Shown: piece by piece, positions 22,170-35,082 of the stretch
Numbering within the stretch: position 1 is the first letter of the stretch
How the letters are laid out: the number at the start of each line of letters is the position of its first letter
Assembly: GCF_002571385.2 (NCBI RefSeq)
Contig: NW_019218004.1
Location: forward strand, 223,593-282,786
Direction: 5' to 3'
DNA length: 59,194 bases
Source: Stylophora pistillata
Taxonomy: Eukaryota
The notes under the pieces: generated by a model
What the model was told of the DNA's origin: nothing
Databases searched by the model: none
The model's input: only the letters and a program-made list of their open reading frames with translations
Position numbers and translations under genes: made by a program

Positions 22170-22549
22170 CCGCCTCTCGGTTAGCTCAATGGATAGAGCG
22201 CTGGACTGATGTGCGGGAGGTCGAGGGTTCGAGCCCCAGCCGGACCAACACTCAAGGTCTTAAAATAATTGAGAAGAATATGCTGCCTTTCTATAACATC
22301 AAGAAATGGTTTAGATTTTCTAGTCTTCTCGGATAGGGACGAATAAATGGAGGTCCCGTCTCCTGCAGGGTTAGGGGTCAGGAGACGTTAATTTCCCACG
22401 CACGAGATTACTGTGTGATGGACGTCCTCTCCTGGGGTGGGATGGGTGGGTTGTTGTCTTGCGTTTCATACATGAGCCTCTGGCTCGGGCAATATGGGTA
22501 ACCATGCCTCACGTTAAGACATTAAACTTTGATTACTATTACTATTACT
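22170..22549 (+). mobile_element. tRNA-derived SINE (Nin-domain-like body, LINE-type tail)
   Basis: A-box TAGCTCAATGG, B-box GGTTCGAGCCC, body accaacactcaaggtcttaaaataa...gtcttctcggata, (ACTATT)n tail, and ATTCAA TSD at 22164-22169 and 22550-22555. Confidence 0.88.
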
Positions 22550-23330
22550 ATTCAAAAGTATCTTATTAACATCTGATTCGTTGGCACTTAGCGATAGCTA
22601 CTACTAGTAATATTTTGGCGTTAAAAATTCCACGGGCTGGAGGTACCAAAGGACTCCATGAAGTGGAGAGTTCAAGTTAAAAGGGGGTTCGAGATACTGA
22701 GGACATGGGATACCAAGAATTTAGAGGTATTTTTAAATATTGGTGTTCTAAAATGCTTAAGACCTAGAGATAACAGGAGAAAGTTGCATAAAGGAGTACG
22801 TGAAAGGGAGTAGAGGAATTGCACAAAACCTATGCACAAGAAAGGGATAAAAAAACGGGGAATACAATTAACTAAACAAGTCCTTCCTGATCTTGTGGCA
22901 GATAATGTGTGAGAAAATAAGACATTTTCGAGTTAATGTGGTTGATGTAATGATCTGAAGATATAAACTTAATTTCATCGAACCTAATAGGAACGAATTT
23001 TTAGTCTTTCATAATCTACCAATCTTCAGCAATAACTTAAAAGTCATTGTTACGTGGAACTTGAATTTGATTTGGTCCTTGGAATCACCATTTAAATCAA
23101 GGTGTGAAAAGTTAGATAGTGGTTGTAATATCAGTTTAAAGTAACTCTCGGACTAAATAAAGGTTTTGGCAAGTTGAAGTGATTTACTCAATAGGAAGGT
23201 TCAACAAATGCTGAAGTAGGTACCTGTATTCTTTAAATTAATACCAAGAGAGGATGACTTCTACCTTCTAAGGCAGGTGCTTTTGGATAAAGACTGTAAG
23301 TAAAAAAGAAAAATAACTTGTAGATATAAA

Positions 23331-26300
23331 GAGGGTCTGGATGAGGTTAACTGACAACTGACAAATCGCTGAAAATCTAACTGACAACTGATATTTGTGG
23401 TGGGCTTTTGCTGACAGCTGACAAAAGACCGGATCGCCCTAAATGTCCTAAAATCTGGATGTAAAATAAGAACATTTGATTTATTTCTTCCAATAAAAGT
23501 ACGTTTCATACTACATATCAGTGGGAGTACGCCAGAGTGTTATATTCATATTTCGTTAATAATTACCGCATGGATCATCCACATCAAGGTCATGTGTAAC
23601 ATATTGGTTATATGATCTTTGATACTCAACTCGATCGTCAACTTACGCGATAGCCGTCAATGCTGGTATTTAAAAAGGCTGTTGCCTGTAAGCTTTTATC
23701 GAATTGACTCGGATATGGCATTTAAGCGTCACAGAAGCTGCATTCCTATTAATGGACATCATCGACTCTCACATTCCCAAGATTAAGTTAAAAAATGCAA
23801 ACACTCCTCCTTGGATTGATAAAGAAGTTCTACATCCGTCGAAGAAAAACGAGAAACATCTAGACGTGCAGCTAAAAGACTCAACAGTGAACACCACCAC
23901 GATAAATTCAGAGAATTGAGAAGAGCGTCAAAAAAGTTAATAAATAAAAAAGTCAAGTAACACTCAACGCAAAATCTAACTGTATACAGTAAAGTAACAG
24001 TCAACGCAAAATCTACCAAATCGCTCAAATTCGCCATTTAGAACCACAGAAACGACAATACACAGCAAGTGAGGTAGGTTTACATTTATTTTGACCCCTA
24101 ACATAGACATTCCTCGATATAAGTTTACGATATTACGACTCTTCAATATTCTCCCATACATTTCTTTATTTTTCGAACAAACGACCAGAGACGCCGCTTG
24201 TGTGTGCCCCCTGTGGTGAATCTTTATCACATGGCTCCGAAATCAGGAGGGAAGAGCGGATTCGGAAACTCGAAGCTTGTCCAGGTTCGCCCTCCTTTCT
24301 CGGAAAAGCCAACTTCAATCTATACTACAAGTGAAAACATTCTGTTGTGTGCAGACGATGCCCAGAGAGGAATTTTACAAGTGAGTTACATTTCAATGGA
24401 GTTGGTATTGCTGGTACCGGAGTCAAACTCATGACCTACCTGTATTTCGAATGCCATAGCTATGAAAGATCTCACACAAAGAGCTTACTTTACAGCAGTC
24501 GGTCTAGACTGCGGTCTTTACGTTTTCAACCTTTCAAGCTTAGAACTACTTCTAAAGAACAACTCGCAGGAATTCTTGTAAAGAAATCAAAAGAATTTGT
24601 GAATTTGAAGACGGGATAGCGTTCACTGACTCGACAGATCGAAAGGTAAAGTTCTTCTATCCTTCTGAGAAAAACCTCGAAACCTTGATGGGCTCAGTAT
24701 TGTCAGAAACTGAAGGAGTGAGTGATGGAATGAATGACTAGTTTATTAAACTCTCTGGCAGTAAAGGACCTGAATTATCGAGTGTATTTTACAATCTTAA
24801 GGCAACTATTATAAAAACTAAAAATTAACGACTATAATAATGATAATAACTATTGAATCATTTAAAATATTTAAATGTAAAAAAGTCCTCCGTTCTCTTT
24901 TTCCTATATATCTGAATGTTTCGGAAGAGGTAGTACTTTTGTGTTTTCTACCTTAAGTTGTAATTAGGTGCATGCAGGAGTGGGTTGGGGAGCAGATGGC
25001 GTAGCGGGTGGCAGGGGGACTTCATTTTTGCCATGTATTTATAGCACAGGTCTACTCTTCTGTCATCTAGCCCATCTAATTTACCTAGCTGTAAGGAATA
25101 AGCATATGACTCAGCCTCGGGGTAAATTATATTAAATGGAATGGATAAAACGTGTTCTTTTGCGCAAGTTCATGGCATCTGATCTATGGAGAAGACTCTA
25201 TTCGTATCGGATGTTGCTAAAGGTAGCATGAAGCTAGCATCGAGACTCAGTGCCGGGTACTGTGTCGTTCTTACAATTCCTTGGATGTCTCCATAACAGT
25301 TTGGTATCAGAGCCCAAGGCATGGAGGAAGCACACATTTCTCTTCAAGATACCGTACCACAGCAGCCAATGACCCCGGAAGAAAATAAGTCTAATAAAAC
25401 TCAAGTCTCAATTAAACATCTCGAATAAGGAATGCGCCGCCTGCACAAAAGCATAGCTTCAATCAATAACGACTATCTCGAAGACATTGGATTGTGCACA
25501 TTACTCACAACAGTTGTGGGGAATCTTTTCGCAGTTTCCCATTTTAAGCATGAGACCTTCACCGCATTTAATTATTTCCAAGACTTTGGAATAATTACCA
25601 AGGAGTCGTTGAAGAGAGTAACAAAATGGGCAACCAAGTATTTTACTCATGAAGAATCCTACTATCATGTCCCTCCGACCAGCATGGAGTTTGCAAATGC
25701 CAACAGAAGAGATTAACCCCGAGACTGAAAGTGCTTTGAAAAAATATGTGGAGAAGTATCGTCCGTTGGACAAAGGACACTTCGGGAGGAAACTACTAAG
25801 GACAAGCCAGGGGCTTTTCCACCGACCATCCTCACGAAATAAGATTCCACCAAAGTGGACTTGTTGGCGGGACTAGGGAACGATTTTAACTCTGGAGATC
25901 AGCCAGTAGGGCTCAGCAACGACAATGGAGCCGTTCAAGCTACTTCGGAAGGAAACAGATGCCACATTTGTTGACGACTGTATCGTTGAAGTGGCAGGTG
26001 CTACAGTTTCTAGATACGAGGGCCAATTTACGCCCCTTTTTGCTTGGATTTCTAAGGTACGCAAACAGTAGATATCTCTAACAACCTTACTGAAAAGAAG
26101 ACGATGGAACAGTCCTTGCCTATCATTTCATCGGAGCTAATCGCAATCGACGCATTGTAAAACAAAACATAGAACCAATATATTGTGTAAGAGTTTTCTT
26201 CACAAGTTTGTTGTCTTTCTGACAATGTTCTTTCCAACATTTTGACCGGCAAATTGGTTGAAAAGGAATGCTTCAATGTTGCGCACGGGCAATCAAAAGT

Positions 26301-26631
26301 TTGTGTGCAGAAGAGTTGTAACTTACTTAAACACCCTTCAAACAAAGACTGGAAGTCACTTGAAACATCTTGGAATTATTTCATTCCAGATTTGAAAAAA
26401 TTAGTTCTTATTGTATCAATTTTGGACTTAATTTTTGAGTTTATGCTATGTGTGCCTTTTTAGCTAAAAATAGGGTGGGGAAGTAATAATTAACTCGCGA
26501 AGTTATTTATTAACAGTCATTTAACTGACAACTGACAAATGGCCTAAAATCTAACTGACAACTGATAAATGGCCGAGATTTTAACTGACAATTGACATTT
26601 GTACCTCCCCCCCCCCCCCAGCCAGACCCTC
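23331..26631 (+). mobile_element. Unclassified TIR DNA transposon with decayed multi-segment ORF
   Basis: TIR GAGGGTCTGG/CCAGACCCTC with TATAAA on both flanks. AACTGACAACTGA arrays near both ends. Disrupted protein-like segments at 24200-24700 and 25160-25870. Confidence 0.8.
23745..23960 (+). mobile_element. LINE ORF2 fragment (endonuclease-RT linker)
   Basis: MDIIDSHIPKIKLKNANTPPWIDKEV resembles the CR1/L2 linker with its PW motif; frameshifted. Confidence 0.65.
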
Positions 26632-26749
26632 TATAAATGGTGAGAAATCTACTGAAGCCGGGAGGAGTTACTCTGTATCCCCAACCTCCATCCAGAGTTA
26701 ACCGGCCAATCATAGCCGATGAATTCAAATACAATGAGTCACGCAGTCC

Positions 26750-27147
26750 TACAATAGTAGCGCCCGTGGGCAAGATGAAGCGAATCCCGGCTGTGTTCTG
26801 ATAGGCTGCTCGAGCGGGCAACGGGATTGCCAGCATTGATCCTACGCATGACAAAAAATAGAATAAGAACTACGTCCGTTATTCTTGCACAATTTCGGCG
26901 ATGGAAACGCAAAAAACGGTGGAAGATAGTCAAAACAAAGAAAACAGAAACGACTCTCCGTCGTGCGTTTGTTGTGCTACAAACACAGTTGGCTTTCTTT
27001 CCCGGCTTTCGAAGTAAACAAGTCATTCTTAATAGAGCGAAATCTTTTTGCCATACCAAGCTTCGTCTCGGTCCATAAAAGTGCGAAAAACTGACGGCCA
27101 ATATCCAGCCATCTTGACCTCATGCTTGGTTAATAACGCATATATAT
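26750..27147. repeat. Interspersed non-autonomous repeat
   Basis: gggcaagatgaagcgaatcc...ttctgataggct...ggccaatatccagccatcttgacc, recalled as an abundant anthozoan repeat; not verified. Confidence 0.5.
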
Positions 27148-30100
27148 CGTGCATTAGTGACACAGTGAATGCCAAATAAAGGATATATGACTTTGATACA
27201 GTAATTACATTCAACTTAAACAAAAGTCAAAACCCCCACATAGCTACAGTGTTCATTATCGTACGAAAAACGATCGGCGGACTTCCAATTTGGCGGTGCA
27301 TGTAAATCTCATCAAACTACAATAAGAGAAGATTACAGTCCGTCCTAGATTTAGCAAACACATCAGACTGGAGTGTCGACTTTAAGAACGGCTTTGATTC
27401 AGCGGACGCTGTTTGTATAATTCAAATTGAGATTCTTCTAATACCAGCGAATTTGTCGTTAATATCTTGGTGAATAAATTTTGAATGTTTCTCGACTGAA
27501 TCAAAAGATGGGTCATCAAGTTTCACCATGTCGCATTATTTATGCAGCGATGAGAAATAAATTATGGCTGTCGAGATTTATCTGCTCGAGCGTCGCCGTC
27601 ACCACAAATGTTAGACCAGTTTTGCGCAGGTGATGGCTCAAGGCACATGAAGAAATAGCTAAATTGGTGAAAGATAATATTCCTTCAAACGTGACTTCAA
27701 CTGGATGAAAATTGCAGAATTAAAGAATTGATAATTCGCTTGTTTGAGTTCAAATCAAATTATACAAAACGTAAACTAACAGATTCTGGTGATAGCATGC
27801 AAGAGCCTTTCAAGAGAGAGACTGTATCGGTTAAAAGTACAATGTTTAAAACGTTTAGTGTTATTGTCCTTTTTAAGTGCAATACCTATTGCTGTTTTGA
27901 ATTATAGCGACGACTTTTAATCACTTATGGCGGATAAGCGGAAAATGTTGTCGCTCCTATCCCTCAGAGGCATTTTGTCGAGTTGACTTAAAGTACACAA
28001 CAAATCATGTGATCACAACATGAAAAATTCGGTTTCTTTCTGAACCAGCTAGTGAAAGAAAAGTCTCGATGCTTTTAGAAGAACCTCTCAGTAACTTTCA
28101 AATGATTTAATCGAACGAACAAGTGTCACGATGGTAGGAGAACTTCAGGTACAGGTAGCTATAGTCGTAGAATAAATTAGGGAAGTTTTCAATGGCAGAT
28201 ATGACAGTGTATGAATGTTCTTAAAGAACTACTGTACTAATTCGCATAATTATGACATCTCTGCTACCGTATAAAAATAAAAGAATTTTCCCATACCTCA
28301 ATCAAAAGCTACTGTCTCCTTTCATCGTTAAACTAAAGAAGAGAGGAAAATTGACAACACCCGTAAAAATGTTATGATCCAGTCTCCTCGCTGATTTTAC
28401 TCAACTCGTTTCCAGTTTTCTATATAATTCAACATGTTCTTGTCTAAAATGGCGATCAATACAAATGAAAGGCAGTTTATGGCTGTATTTGCCTTCCGTT
28501 ATATAGTTGTAGAGTATTGTGGTAAAAAAGCAATGTGGTGTGACATCTCTTAGTGATGCCAAAATTGCCAAACACTGCTGTATACTGGTCAATTGACAGG
28601 CCGGAGAGAGGGCAAGAAATAAGAGAATAGGCAGGTACATGTATAAATTGTGCATGAAATGTATTTTATAGCGCTAATTGAACTGAGCAGTTTTGAAAAC
28701 ACAATTATTATATCAGACCAAAATTGCACTTTACTCAATTCAATTATCCCTTAATTACATTCATTTTGAAATCGCAAACAGTTCATTCACTCAAATGCAA
28801 GATTTTGCGAGATGCAGAGTTGAGACCCTGAAAAAAACATCAAACTAAACTCGACAAACCATAAATGAATCCGAGGAAACCCGACCATATTTGTTCAGCA
28901 AAAGCCAGATTACGCGAGTCGAGACCAGTTCAGTCAAGAGACCAAACGGGTGTCTCATGACATTCCACCATTTTGAAAACTGTCGGGGGTTTGATAGTCT
29001 CCCTCGCAGCCGTTTTTAGTCTCGTCAAGCAACGTTTCTCCCCACACGCGTTGAGCCACGATCACCTACTTACCTAGTCTGTTAGTGTTGTAAATTGTAA
29101 AAGAACTCGATTAGAGCCAAAGATTCTAGTTATTTAGCTTGCTGGCTTGCGTTTATCTTTTTCGCTTGTGGCCCTAATTCTATTGCTAACAGTAAAGACC
29201 GGCATTGACAGGGGCAAAATTGACGAGATCAATAACTGGAGGGACAAAGGGCACTGTCTCCCATGTGCCATACCAAGGGAAAGTAATTAGAAATAATTTT
29301 CTCTGCATTGCCCCTACCTCGCTCTTCCGCCTGCGCACACCTTTGACCAGTCCCGTACAACTGCGTAACCTCCCAGTTCCCTTCAGTCTCTCAAGAATCG
29401 TCTTATAACATCCATGCATTAGTGTTGTCAAATGATAAAACAAAAGATAGGATCCCAATCCATTTATTAAAGCAACTACACCAAAACGTAAGAAACAAAG
29501 CCATATCCACTAGAAGTACGCAGCGACTAAACCACCACCAACTCACCGCGAGGGTCCAAATAAACAATCCTTGGATTCGACTTCTTCCCCAGTTTTTCCC
29601 TTCTTTCCTACTATTCCGTCTTTCTTGTGCTTTAGATAACTCCCCCTCCTACTTGTTTAACCCTCCAGCGGCCAGCACGGAAAATCTTCGACTTACGATT
29701 ATCCTACCCTTAGCCTTACATGTGCCGGTAAACAATGGAATGTTGGCCCACCGAAGATAAATCCCGTCAATTTCTGGTCGTTCGTAGGAGTTTCACTCAG
29801 TGACATTTCACCGCGAGAGTAAGGTATCTTGTCCAAGTACATGATGCAGTGATCTGATAAAGGCTTGAAACCAGACCTCTCGATCTTAATTGAACAGAGC
29901 CCTGAGTATAAGCCACCGCGCCTCTAGGTCGATGGTCGACCGACACATATCGAGCAGGTATTGATCTAAGTGTCGAACGAAAGTAAACACGATCACTACA
30001 AATTAAATTCCTGCAGTTAGTGACATCTTATGACAAATGGCGACTTGTCATTAAAGTTTGTAAACGTAGCTTTACTGTAATCACATTCAAACAGTTGCAG

Positions 30101-33100
30101 GTTCTGCTCTCCATTTGTTAAAGTGAAGATCATGAATAAGTGGAGATAGGTGGGGCTTACGTCGCGGAGTGAAACTGGCCTATCACAAGCCGAGCTTTAA
30201 GTTATAATTATGGTCTTAGGAAGCTATACCACTGAACATGTGACCATTTGATATTAGGAAAAATTGGGTTTATTACAAAGTCAACGTCAATAGCCAACGT
30301 AAAAGTGCACATTAAATTTGCATTTCTTTCTTTACTTCATTAAACGGCGTGCCGAATTCCATCCAATCTGTCGTAGAAGCGATAGATCGTCTTCCAGACA
30401 ATTTAGTATACCGACTACTTAAATCTTCACGTTCCAGTTCGGAAACCAAAATGGAAAACATTTACCCATCCGTCGGCTCCTATTCTTTGATTTACTAAAT
30501 CCCTCTAACAGGGTGTTTACCAGGCTATTTACGGGCAAAGTCTTGTTAGTACATCAGGTTCATCGTATCAATCCATGTTTGAAATCTTGTCCTTTTTTAA
30601 TTGTCGTTCAATTTTGGTTCACTCTTACTTCAACCTCTTCGCTGTTTGTTAAGCTTTAATCAAGGTTTCTTTCTTTCCTATTCAGCCCATTTCTCTATGA
30701 TTGCATTGACGTAACACCTGACTCAAGATGTCGTCACATATCTCAGTCTTCAAGGTAATAAGCTATATGCGTAAGAAAATCACCTGGATGTTGACCTATT
30801 ACAGTCTAGGGTTGTACGTCTGATCTCATCATGAAGTGTTCTGCAGTGCTTAAAAGATTTATATCATTACCGTTGGCGTACGTAACGAAAGACAGTGCAT
30901 TTTGTTGAAAAGGGTTTAAAATAAGAGTTAATTGATCTCAAATTTTGTTGTATTGCACGATGCCCGTAAGGCAACAAAAACTTTTGACCTAAAAATGATG
31001 GAAGAGTTCGTCAAAAGGGCGTAGCTATTTGGCATAGCGCGCATTTCTAATAAATTAAAGCCCCCCTGACTGAGCACGCATCGTGGTAATAAGCTTCTTC
31101 GTTGCAACCAAATTAATTCCTTTCACCAGGCGAAGGATTCCTCAGGCGACTAGGAAGACTGAGTTAACGTTACAGTTTGCACTTTAGAATTGAAGTTTAC
31201 ATTCCTCATTTTATTTCAATCCCCTATAATCCTGATCACTTCACGTTCTGTCTTAGGTTGCAAGAGGGTCTCAATGGGGTTGGCTTTTACTGCTTGCGGT
31301 TATAATTAAAAGTTTGGCCACTTTACGGCTAACAGTCAACTGATATCACTCCTTCGTTAGCACCAAAAATTATTTTTATCGATAACTTTGTTCACTACTA
31401 TTGAGAACCTCTTGGTATTGCCTGTTTTGTCTTCCTCTGCCTCGCCGAACTAATTTCAAGTGGGCCGTTGACTTGAGAACAGTTTTGCATGTCACAAACA
31501 TTACTTATTAAAACCGAATTTGCAACGACGCCCCTTTTCAAAAGGGCAAAAAAAAAAAAAAAAAAAAGAGAGAAAAGAAACCAAAAGAAAATAAGATCAT
31601 CGGACAAGCCATTAGCTTAAAAGGGTCACAGATGAACTGCGATTGACCTTCTTACCTTTTCGATAATGACCATGAGTTTTTATTTCATTCACAGGTGTGA
31701 CATATGCCTTCCAATAGACATAGCAGTTTCTAAATACCAAAAAAGGAATTAACAGAAAAGTGGTGAAACAAGGGACTAACCGAGGCATGTCCACCGTCGT
31801 TCGAACGAAAGACAATGAGATTTCAGATAAATACCTATTCACTACACTAATTGACAGACACACGATCTGCGGATTGTTCAAGAAAAAGACAACAATAATC
31901 TCCACAAAGTATCAGTATACAGTTGACAGATAGACGAAGAGTACACCAAATTACCCTGAAAGTGTTGAAAGGTCCAAGTATACGCAAGGAATTGACAACT
32001 GGAAAAATAATACTTAAAAGGATTCACCATCGAGGGATTTCGAATAAGAACCTGGTTAAATATTTCCAATGAGGAGTATTATTATCGGGGACATAAATCT
32101 GACAGCTTTATGAAAATATATCCATCAACAAAATTGGGCGGATCTATTATAATTTTTCTATGCAAACATTCACGACATCAATCGCAAAAAATCTGCGTAA
32201 CGTGCGCTGTAATGATAAATTATTTTTCTTTCGGTTAAAATCTGTGCTTTTGATGGTCACTGAAACACAAACGGCTTAAAAAAACATTAACAATGCGCAC
32301 AGAGTAGATAGTGATAAACTCTAAACAGAAAAGCGTCTCAATCTTGGAAGCAGTCTGTTTAAAAGATCTATTTTGGTTCTCAAGGTTATGACAAATCTTT
32401 GAAACAAAGTGATTACATTTCAGAAGCGAAAGAGGGCAAACAAAGCTAGTGTGTAATTAATTTTTACATCTAATTGGAGCATATTTTAAGCATCCAGAAA
32501 GGTTTCGGCCAAGTAGAAATAAGTTCAGCTCCCAATTTCAAGATTGGAAAGACAGTACTATCCATTTTCTGATGTTCACAGCTATCTATAAAGGCAATCT
32601 TCAAGCTTGCTTCTCTCGCGAGGACCCAAATGAAATTCTAAAGGTTGAAATAAACACGCCACTACAAAAATAAACACATTTCGCAAGAGTAAAGCGTTAA
32701 TGAAGGGACAAACAAATTAAGAGTGACATCTCTTAATACCTTTCGCTCAAGCGTGATCGTAAGGAATGCATGTATGGTAATCACTCTGTCAATTTTCTAG
32801 ATTCAGTAACAAAAGTCCAAAAGTGGGTGGACCATCTAGAACAAAACCACAATTTTTTATTCGCTTGTCACACTCTTAACTCGATCCTTACGAACCAGAA
32901 ACTTAAGTCAATAGCCTAAAGGAAGCGGTTTTGTGTTTTCTAATTAAATTTTGGTGCGCTCAATATTCGATAACACAATAGGACCCATTTGAACCGATTT
33001 CCTAAGATGCCATGACAACGAAATATTATTCTAATAAAGCCCTTGAAGCCTGCTCGCAAAATATCAAATCGACGCCAAACAAACAACTCATTGTGTTCAT

Positions 33101-35082
33101 TCTTGTGGTTTGACTTCTGCTTTATTGCCTTCATTAGAACGGAAATTAGTTTAGAAAATGCTTTTTAGGAGCAATTCACAAAGGATATGTAATCATTTTT
33201 TACTGTTGACGGACTCGAGAATTCTAGAGTATTTTTTCAATACAGAAATGATATATTTGTGACGATGGCTTAGGATAATTCGTTCTCAAGGATGCTCAGC
33301 ATTCATTAGCTCAGCTTAAAGATCAAAGTCGGACGAAAATGAATTCAAGTAAACGGGGGCTCTTGGATTCCAAGCTGCTGAAACCAATTTGTTTATACAA
33401 CTTCTCACAATAAGGGAACAATTGCACTTTTAAAAATTCACGGCTGATTATTTCTTAGTTATTGAAATTATGATTCAGAACGTGGAAGGGCCTTTTAGCG
33501 CGCGACACAGACAAAACAGGGCGAAAAAAGTGAACCTTCTGCTGCTGAAGATAACTGAATAATCGCAAGGTGGGGATTTCACTTGATCGAACATAGTCTC
33601 TGAGATAATAATAAAACTCTTCTATGGGAAACTGCATTTTTGGGATCAGCGTCACAACTCTACTTATTCGTTTATCTATGTTCTGAGTCAGTTAGTCTTA
33701 ACATCTTTTCGGCCGTGTTTAAATTCTTCACAGTGAGTGACTATTAACACGAATTCACCATGGAATTGTACCTTGAAAGAAAGTATAAAAGAAAGGAATT
33801 GAATATCTCTCAGTATGGTATGTCTAAATCCAATTTTTCTTTCCCTCGCTGGGAGGCATTCTGCTGTAACAAGATTTGAATTAAAACTTCTTAAAATTAT
33901 TAACGCAGAAACAACAGGATGACGCAAATAGGAACTTTATTCTTTAAGTTTTACACAGGCAGCTGAAGATTAACACGATCAGACACCAAATTCAAAAAGT
34001 TCCGACCCTATAATCCTATCAGATAGCGTCATGCTTTTTCTGTACAAAGTGAATTTATGAGGCAATTTCAGAGTTGCTTTTTTTGTTCAAAACCCCGCGC
34101 GTGGATAATGCTATTACATCCAGTAATACCAATGTATTAACAGAAATTTTACATGCACAAAAAAAACAAAACTTCCGTCTGGAATAGGATTGATTTACAT
34201 AGATACGTGACCTTTTTTTAGCTGGAACTATCACTAGTAATCGACGCAAGATAAAGCAAAATGCAACAATAATTACCATATTTTATCACAATTTTCGATC
34301 GCGATGTTTTATCTAAAAAGTTAAATCTAAAACCATAATTAACGCAGCCGGCCACAGCTTGTTTTTTAACTTTAGTTCACAAATGTCTAGTGAATCAAAT
34401 GCCTGTTCTAATCTACACTTATTCTCGTGTGATCGTGACACACTGCTATCGTTTGTTACAGGTCTAAAAGAAGTAATGTAATAAACCCTTTTCAATCATA
34501 TACAGCGTTTTTGTGTGTACATTTGTTCGATAGAACAATAAAACTTGTTTTGTATTCAAATTTCGGATGAGAGCTGCATTCAGTCTATACTTTTGTCCGC
34601 GCAATCTTCTGACAGTATGTTCTCGAAAAACAAAGGCTGAATTTAACGACGAAATTACTGCACCTAATTTTTTTTCTACGGGAATTTTGTCCTTTTACTG
34701 CTTTCATTGATAGAGTCGTCGTATATTTGAATTTACACAGCTTTGAAGTCACCGAAAGAAAACTTCGCGGCAAAAATTAACTTAGAGGAAAACCGCGGAG
34801 CTGAAATGATTTTATGTAACGATTGAAATTCATACTTTTTAATAAAACCACATGGATATGTAACCTTTGTTTTTGCATTAATCCATCAAAAACTCCGCAG
34901 GAAAACGAAATTGTCGGCAGAGGCAAGACAGAAATGTTTTGTTCTGCTGTCAAAATGTTTGGGATTACTTTGCTTTGTGCGAGTTTGAATCCCTCCATTT
35001 TGATGACATGTTGGGCGAGATTGCGGCCGATTACGACATATCCATCTCTTTTTTACTTGCATTTTCATTCCAAAAATATCTC

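Larger units (their letters stand above)
17671..22607 (+). mobile_element. Internally deleted Helitron
   Basis: 5' A|TC start and a 3' end with an imperfect hairpin (ttggcacttagcgatagcta) then CTAG|T at 22604-22608. Decayed ORF has Helitron Rep-helicase N-terminal motifs (ELQGLTQLGEMLIARVFP, YKGHCINF, ALHWLVQHNPVY, MAFPTLFP). HUH and helicase parts are absent. Confidence 0.8.

Noticed and set aside
22172-22245. tRNA gene
   Set aside because: A/B boxes are present but there is no proper acceptor stem, and it continues into a SINE body, tail and TSD.
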